From contig PKTH01000011.1 of NCBI GenBank assembly GCA_002869265.1, positions 10,843 through 74,842 on the forward strand: a stretch of DNA of 64,000 nt. The letters run 5' to 3'. Positions 58,619-64,000 of the stretch are shown in pieces. The number at the start of each line of letters is the position of its first letter. The first letter of the stretch is position 1. The position numbers were made by a program, and so were the translations under genes. A model generated the notes under the pieces. The model ran no database searches, had not been told where the DNA came from, and saw only the letters and a program-made list of their open reading frames with translations. Source of the DNA: Candidatus Parcubacteria bacterium (lineage in GTDB: Bacteria > Patescibacteriota > Patescibacteriia > Patescibacteriales > BM507).

Positions 58619-59260
58619 ATGCAAGAAACAGACTTTGTTAAAATACCAGCCCTGAAGAGACTTTTTGATATGGTTTTTTCCCTATCAGTCATTCTCTTAT
58701 TTTCTCCTTTGGTACTATTGACCCTTCTGAGTATATTTATAGAGCACATAGTTCTTCACCGGACATTTTCTCCCCTTTTTTATAGCGAAAAAAGAATATC
58801 TCAAGGAGGACAATTCAATTTTAGAAAGTTTAATATTTTTAAGCCAAGAGTTATAGAAAGCTTGAAGAGTAGTGGAACTTTTATTCACACCAAGCCTCTC
58901 GAACACGATGGCTATAGCCTGACACATACCGGACGCTTTCTTCAAAAAATATACCTAGATGAATTCCCTCAGTTTTTTAATATTTTAAAAGGAGATATTA
59001 GCCTGATCGGGCCGAGACCAGTCAATCTAGAGGTTTATCAAGGCCTTCTCGATAGGGGAATTCACACAAAAACGGTTATTAGGGCCGGACTTACTGGCTA
59101 TTATCAATCCATGAAAGGCGTCACTAAAAAAACGGATATTGAACTAGATCAAGAATATATCGAATACTGCAGAAAACATGGCGCGATAAAAATTTTACTT
59201 TTTGATTTTAAAATAATTATAAATACCATAAAAGTGCTCTTTAGAGCACAAGGGATATGA
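58619..59260 (+). CDS. Small monotopic phosphoglycosyltransferase (bacterial sugar transferase, PglC/WbaP-like)
   Basis: KRLFD, LDEFPQFFNILKGDISLIGPRP, GLTG. Confidence 0.85.
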   Translation: MQETDFVKIPALKRLFDMVFSLSVILLFSPLVLLTLLSIFIEHIVLHRTFSPLFYSEKRISQGGQFNFRKFNIFKPRVIESLKSSGTFIHTKPLEHDGYSLTHTGRFLQKIYLDEFPQFFNILKGDISLIGPRPVNLEVYQGLLDRGIHTKTVIRAGLTGYYQSMKGVTKKTDIELDQEYIEYCRKHGAIKILLFDFKIIINTIKVLFRAQGI

Positions 59261-59278
59261 ATCTCCAAAAACAAATAT

Positions 59279-60136
59279 ATGAACAATAAAAAAATTGGAT
59301 TTATAGGCCAGGGATGGATTGGAGGATCTTACTCAGATGATTTTGAAAAAAGAGGATATAATGTGGTTCGTTACGCTCTATACCCTCCCTATAATTTAAA
59401 TAAAGGGAAAATAGCAGATTGCGATATTGTGTTTATTGCAGTGCCTACTCCGAGCACTCCTGATGGCTTTGATGATTCGATTATTCGTAGTGTCATTAAG
59501 CTTGTAGGAGAAGGCAATATTGCAGTTATAAAATCCACCATTGTTCCAGGTACAACAAAGTCTATCCAAAAAGAAAACCCCGGTATATTTGTGATGCACT
59601 CGCCAGAGTTTTTAACAGAGGCTACAGCATCTCACGATGCTTCAAATCCAGAGAGAAACATAGTTGGTCTTCCTGTTGATTCAGAAGAATACAGAGAACA
59701 GGCTAAAAAAGTCCTAGATGTGCTTCCTAGGGCAAAATATGCAAAAATAATGGATAGTGTAGAGGCAGAGCTTGTTAAATATGGAGGGAATGTATCTTTT
59801 TATTTTAAGGTAATGTTTATGAATATGCTTTATGATATTAGTCAGAAGTATGGAGTTGATTGGAAAAATATCAAAGAGGCCATGTCTATGGACTCTCGCA
59901 TTGGTCATGTTCACCTTGACCCAGTTCACAAAAGTGGCAGAGGGGCAGGAGGGCATTGCTTTATAAAAGACTTCGCAGCTTTTCGAGATATATATGAAAA
60001 GGAATTTGGAGAAGGCTACGAAATCGAAACATTAAAAGCGATGGAAAATATGAATATTAATCTACTAAAGTCATCCAGAAAAGACCTAGATCTATTAGAA
60101 GGGGTTTACGGGAAAGAGATCTTAAAAAATAATTAG
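59279..60136 (+). CDS. UDP-glucose/GDP-mannose dehydrogenase family protein (short form)
   Basis: GFIGQGWIG, AVPTP, IKSTIVPGTT, PEFLTE, GAGGHCFIKD. Confidence 0.85.
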   Translation: MNNKKIGFIGQGWIGGSYSDDFEKRGYNVVRYALYPPYNLNKGKIADCDIVFIAVPTPSTPDGFDDSIIRSVIKLVGEGNIAVIKSTIVPGTTKSIQKENPGIFVMHSPEFLTEATASHDASNPERNIVGLPVDSEEYREQAKKVLDVLPRAKYAKIMDSVEAELVKYGGNVSFYFKVMFMNMLYDISQKYGVDWKNIKEAMSMDSRIGHVHLDPVHKSGRGAGGHCFIKDFAAFRDIYEKEFGEGYEIETLKAMENMNINLLKSSRKDLDLLEGVYGKEILKNN

Positions 60137-60142
60137 TCTAAG

Positions 60143-61213
60143 ATGAAAAAGATATTATACATAATAACAGGCCTAAATATCGGCGGGGCTGAAATGGTTC
60201 TAAAAAACATTTTATCAGGATTAGATAAAGAGAAATTTGATCCAATTGTTATTTCTCTTGCTCCCGAAGGGGAGATAGCTTCACAGATCAAAGATTTGGG
60301 GGTGAAGGTTGTCAGCTTGGATTGGAAGAATAAAATAAATTTTTTCCCATTTTTAAGATTGCATAAAATTGTAAAAAATGAAAAGCCAGATATTATTCAT
60401 GCACATTTATTTCATGCGAACCTTATCGCTAGATTATTAAAAATAATGAATAATGAACTGGTTGTTGTCTCAACAATTCATAATATAAATTTTGGTGGCA
60501 AACTAAGAGAGGTATTGTTGAAGTTTACTGATTTTTTAAGTGATAAGAATGTCGTGGTGTCAAAAAAAATATTAAATGAAATGGCACCTAAAGGGGTTAT
60601 CACGAAACAAAATACAGAGATTATATACAACGGGGTAGACTTTGATTTTTATAATGGCAAAATTGATAATAAAAATAATTTAAAATTAGTCGCAATAGGC
60701 AGATTAACAGAAGCTAAAGGATATATGTATTTACTTAAGGCCATGATTAAGCTAAAAGAAATATTTCCAGGAATTAAACTTAGCATACTTGGTCTAGGGG
60801 ACAAAAAGAATGAACTAGAATCTTTTGTTAGAAAAAATAATTTAGAAGAAAATGTTTTCTTTGCTGGAAACCAGAGTGACGTAAAATCGTTTTTAGATAA
60901 GAATAATTTTTTTGTTTTAGCTTCTCTTTGGGAGGGTTTACCAATGGCTATTTGTGAAGCCATGGCTAACGGCAAAATAGTGATTGCCACTAAAGTGGGT
61001 GGTGTTCCAGAGATTATTGAGAATGGAGTGGATGGGTATTTAATTAATCCGAAAGATGAAACTGAACTTGCAGACACAATTGAATCTGTTTTGAAAATGG
61101 CTGATGAGGACAAGAATTTATTATCAAAGAACGCAAAAGCAAAGATCAAAAGTAAATTTTCAGTTTCAATAATGATAAAAAAATATGAAAAACTGTATAA
61201 TGAGTTAAGTTAA
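60143..61213 (+). CDS. Glycosyltransferase family 4
   Basis: GGAE, GRLTEAKG, EGLPMAICEAMA, VGGVPE. Confidence 0.92.
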   Translation: MKKILYIITGLNIGGAEMVLKNILSGLDKEKFDPIVISLAPEGEIASQIKDLGVKVVSLDWKNKINFFPFLRLHKIVKNEKPDIIHAHLFHANLIARLLKIMNNELVVVSTIHNINFGGKLREVLLKFTDFLSDKNVVVSKKILNEMAPKGVITKQNTEIIYNGVDFDFYNGKIDNKNNLKLVAIGRLTEAKGYMYLLKAMIKLKEIFPGIKLSILGLGDKKNELESFVRKNNLEENVFFAGNQSDVKSFLDKNNFFVLASLWEGLPMAICEAMANGKIVIATKVGGVPEIIENGVDGYLINPKDETELADTIESVLKMADEDKNLLSKNAKAKIKSKFSVSIMIKKYEKLYNELS

Positions 61214-61217
61214 GAAA

Positions 61218-62312
61218 ATGGATAAAAAAACCAAAGTATGTTTTGTATCAATATTTTCATATCCTCTCTTTAATCCAGACTGTGATTTAACTTTTGGAGG
61301 GGCTGAGGTTCAGATTAGTCTGATTGCAAAGGAACTTGCCAGGGATGAAAATTTGGATATAAATGTTATTGTTGCTGACACAGGACAGGGGGAGATGGAG
61401 ATACACGAAGGAGTGAAAGTTCACAAGGCATACAAAAGAGGCCTGGGGAAAATAAACGCGCTAGGGGCACCTTTTGTTTTATATAAAAAACTAAAAAGCA
61501 TAAATCCGGATGTGGTGGTGTGTAGAGCTGCTGGGGTTGAGGTGGGAATAGCAGGTTTTTATGCATATAAAAACAAGAAAAAATTTATATATAGTATAGC
61601 TCATTTTGACGATTTGACAGGTAAGCATTCTAGAGGTCTTAGAGGGCTGATATATCAATTGGGGTTTAACCTTGCTACTAACTATATTGCCCAGACAGAA
61701 GATCAAAAAAAATATTTGGAGAAAAAGACTCAAAAGAAGATTAGTATTATAAAAAATAGTTTTCCCGCACCTAAAGACTTGAAAGAAAAAATGAATACGA
61801 GTAAAGTATTATGGATAGGAAGGTCAGTAGATTTTAAAAGACCTGAAAAGTTCATTGAGTTAGCTGAGCTGATGCCGGAAAAAAAATTTGAGATGGTATT
61901 ACAAAAGACAGCTGTTCAGAGGTGGGAAGAATTAAGAAAACATGCCAGGGGAGTTCGAAATTTAAAATTTATAGAAAAGATTCCATTTGAAAAAATAAAT
62001 GCAGTTTTTCAATCTTCAAGTCTCTATGTGAATACATCAACAGAAGAGGGTTTCCCGAATACTTTTATTCAATCTACAATGTATGGTGTTCCTATAATTA
62101 GTCTTAATATTAATCCCGATAATTTTATAAATGAATATCGTTGTGGTGTCTGTTGTGATGATGATGTAGAAAGAATGGCAAGTATGATAAACAGTATATT
62201 GTCTGACAGGGGACGTTATCAAATGTTTTCAGATAGTGCAAAAAGATATTTTAGCCAAAACCATGATATAAAAGTGAACATTTTAAAGTGGAAAGAATTA
62301 TTAAAAAAATGA
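61218..62312 (+). CDS. Glycosyltransferase family 4
   Basis: FGGAEVQ, KRPE, EGFPNTFIQ. Confidence 0.88.
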   Translation: MDKKTKVCFVSIFSYPLFNPDCDLTFGGAEVQISLIAKELARDENLDINVIVADTGQGEMEIHEGVKVHKAYKRGLGKINALGAPFVLYKKLKSINPDVVVCRAAGVEVGIAGFYAYKNKKKFIYSIAHFDDLTGKHSRGLRGLIYQLGFNLATNYIAQTEDQKKYLEKKTQKKISIIKNSFPAPKDLKEKMNTSKVLWIGRSVDFKRPEKFIELAELMPEKKFEMVLQKTAVQRWEELRKHARGVRNLKFIEKIPFEKINAVFQSSSLYVNTSTEEGFPNTFIQSTMYGVPIISLNINPDNFINEYRCGVCCDDDVERMASMINSILSDRGRYQMFSDSAKRYFSQNHDIKVNILKWKELLKK

Positions 62313-63421
62313 GAATTTTATTTATAGCACCAAGATATCATACTAATCTCCATTTTAGGATTAAAGCATTGCAAGAATCTGGGCATGAGGTGGTTTTTTT
62401 ATCTCAGTACAAAGGGCAGTCTGAGAGGTACGATGCAATAGAGCCAAAAATTATTGGATTTTCTCCTCTCTATTTGTTTCTGGATAATTTGCTAAGAATA
62501 TTTTTCAAAAAGGAAACCCCCAATTTATGGAAACTAAACCTTGCTTGGCCAAGAACAAGTAGTTTAAAAAAAGAAATTAAAGATTTTTCTCCCGATGTTA
62601 TTATTGTGAAGGGGATGAAAAGTGTCTTGTCTTTGATAGCTTTATGGTTAGCTAAGAGAAGTGCTGCACGTTCATTCTTCCTCTTGCAGATTAGGAACCA
62701 TTATGCAAATACACCTGCTAAGAAAATTGTTTTATGGTTTATAAAAAATATTTTAAAAGCTGAAGGGATAATTTCTGAAATTGATAATGAAAACAATAAG
62801 CATGATCCTTTTTATCACTATATTCCATTTGCTACAGAGGTTAAGGATTTCGAGAAAAAATATTTTAAAGATGATAAGATAAACATTATAGGTATTGGTA
62901 AATTTGTTGAAAGGAAGGCTCATCTAGATTTATTAAAGGCTATAAAAAAATTAAGGAGTAAATATGATTTTAATGTAACTATAGTAGGTGAGAGATCTGA
63001 TGAGAAAGTTTTAAATATGGTGAAACAACACATAGAGAGTGAGAGGTTGGGTGAAATTGTGGACCTAAGATTAAATCTTTCTAATCAGGAAGTCTTAAAT
63101 GAGTATAAAAAAAATGACTTATTTGTGCTCTCTAGTTATAATGAACCAGCATCATATTCTGTACTTGAAGCCATGGCAAATAAGTTGCCAGTAATTTGTA
63201 GCGACACAAATGGAACAAAGTGTTATATTAAAGAGGGTGAAAACGGATATATCTTTCGGTCAAAAAATTCTGATAGCCTAAAAAATATGATAGATATTCT
63301 TGTGAATAGGAGAGGAAATATCGTGCGTATGGGGAAATTGGCTTTTGATCATGTAACGGAAAATTTTTCAGAAGAAAAATTTATTGCAAATATTAATAAA
63401 CTACTAAATAAAGATGCTTAA
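62309..63421 (+). CDS. Glycosyltransferase family 4
   Basis: GKFVERKAH, EPASYSVLEAMA; ATGA overlap with the upstream stop. Confidence 0.88.
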   Translation: MRILFIAPRYHTNLHFRIKALQESGHEVVFLSQYKGQSERYDAIEPKIIGFSPLYLFLDNLLRIFFKKETPNLWKLNLAWPRTSSLKKEIKDFSPDVIIVKGMKSVLSLIALWLAKRSAARSFFLLQIRNHYANTPAKKIVLWFIKNILKAEGIISEIDNENNKHDPFYHYIPFATEVKDFEKKYFKDDKINIIGIGKFVERKAHLDLLKAIKKLRSKYDFNVTIVGERSDEKVLNMVKQHIESERLGEIVDLRLNLSNQEVLNEYKKNDLFVLSSYNEPASYSVLEAMANKLPVICSDTNGTKCYIKEGENGYIFRSKNSDSLKNMIDILVNRRGNIVRMGKLAFDHVTENFSEEKFIANINKLLNKDA

Positions 63422-64000
63422 AGTATTTAAAGAAAAAGCCAACTCAGGGTATTGGGACGCTCATTGGAGTAAGTTGAGTACTAATGAATTATATAAAATT
63501 GACAAAGGATCTTTTCTGGAAAAAAAGTTTTTAAAGTTTCTACCAAAAGATGGGAAAATTCTTGAAGGAGGATGTGGCCTTGGACAATGGGTGAAAATAT
63601 TAGTTGAACATGGTTATGATATATTTGGTCTTGATTTTGCAGAGGAAACTGTTAAAACTTTAAATAAAACCAACCCAGAATTAAAAATTAGTAAAGGAGA
63701 CGTTTTTAACCTTCTCCTGAAAGATGGAGGCTTGAGCGGGTATATATCCCTGGGGGTTATTGAGCATTTTGAAGAAGGTCCAGAGAAAATTATTAAAGAA
63801 ATGAAGAGAGTTTTAAGAAGAGACGGTATATTAATTGTTACGGTTCCGTTCCAAAGTATGTTTTTACGATTTAAGTATTTTTTTAATAATAATCAGAAAG
63901 GAGAGGGGGCTTTTTATCAATATCATTATAATTTAAATGAAATGAAGAGTTTTTTTGAGGAGTTTAGTGTGATTGATGTAGATTATTTTGACCCCTTTAA
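63414..64000 (+). CDS. Class I SAM-dependent methyltransferase (runs off the window end)
   Basis: Translated by hand: MLKVFKEKANSGYWDAHW…ILEGGCGLGQW…GLDF…SLGVIEHF…RVLRRDG; frame open to 64000. Confidence 0.85.
   Translation, partial: MLKVFKEKANSGYWDAHWSKLSTNELYKIDKGSFLEKKFLKFLPKDGKILEGGCGLGQWVKILVEHGYDIFGLDFAEETVKTLNKTNPELKISKGDVFNLLLKDGGLSGYISLGVIEHFEEGPEKIIKEMKRVLRRDGILIVTVPFQSMFLRFKYFFNNNQKGEGAFYQYHYNLNEMKSFFEEFSVIDVDYFDPF

Noticed and set aside
58091..58624. 177-aa minus-strand ORF (and other antisense ORFs in the track)
   Set aside because: Overlaps well-supported plus-strand genes and a terminator; no recognisable motifs

Overview
AT-rich, gene-dense bacterial chromosomal segment read with genetic code 11 (TAA, TAG and TGA all act as stops). 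Gene content and architecture point to a Patescibacteria/CPR (Parcubacteria-like) genome; this is an inference. From left to right: (1) a relaxase-less, monoderm-type T4SS-like operon (giant Cys-rich multi-CBM surface protein, extended VirB6/TrbL-like, PrgI, VirB4, VirB8/TcpC-like, DsbA) running into radA; (2) recG, tRNA-Arg(GCG), two tRNA-Ser genes, tyrS and comF; (3) a type IV pilus locus (pilMNOP-like, pilB, receiver protein, degenerate pilT, pilC, pilin) interrupted by a glycosylation island, then pilD and four minor pilins; (4) ligA, gatC, a four-helix-bundle gene, gatA, a second DsbA, a PPase-like gene and tRNA-Ser(GGA); (5) a patch of short orphan genes, each with its own strong SD and mostly its own promoter/terminator, including a leader-peptide/attenuator-controlled GNAT; (6) the start of a polysaccharide operon. 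Most unusual signals: non-coding 142/169-bp elements at tRNA 3' ends, each carrying both a direct and an inverted wobble-preserving copy of its host tRNA's 3' half; a four-helix-bundle gene flanked by inverted heptamer repeats inside gatCA; a truncated wzm remnant; and several G>T/C>A-type lesions (two in-frame TAA stops, RadA Walker B D>Y) that may be sequencing artefacts. All functional calls come from motif recognition by eye; no searches were run.
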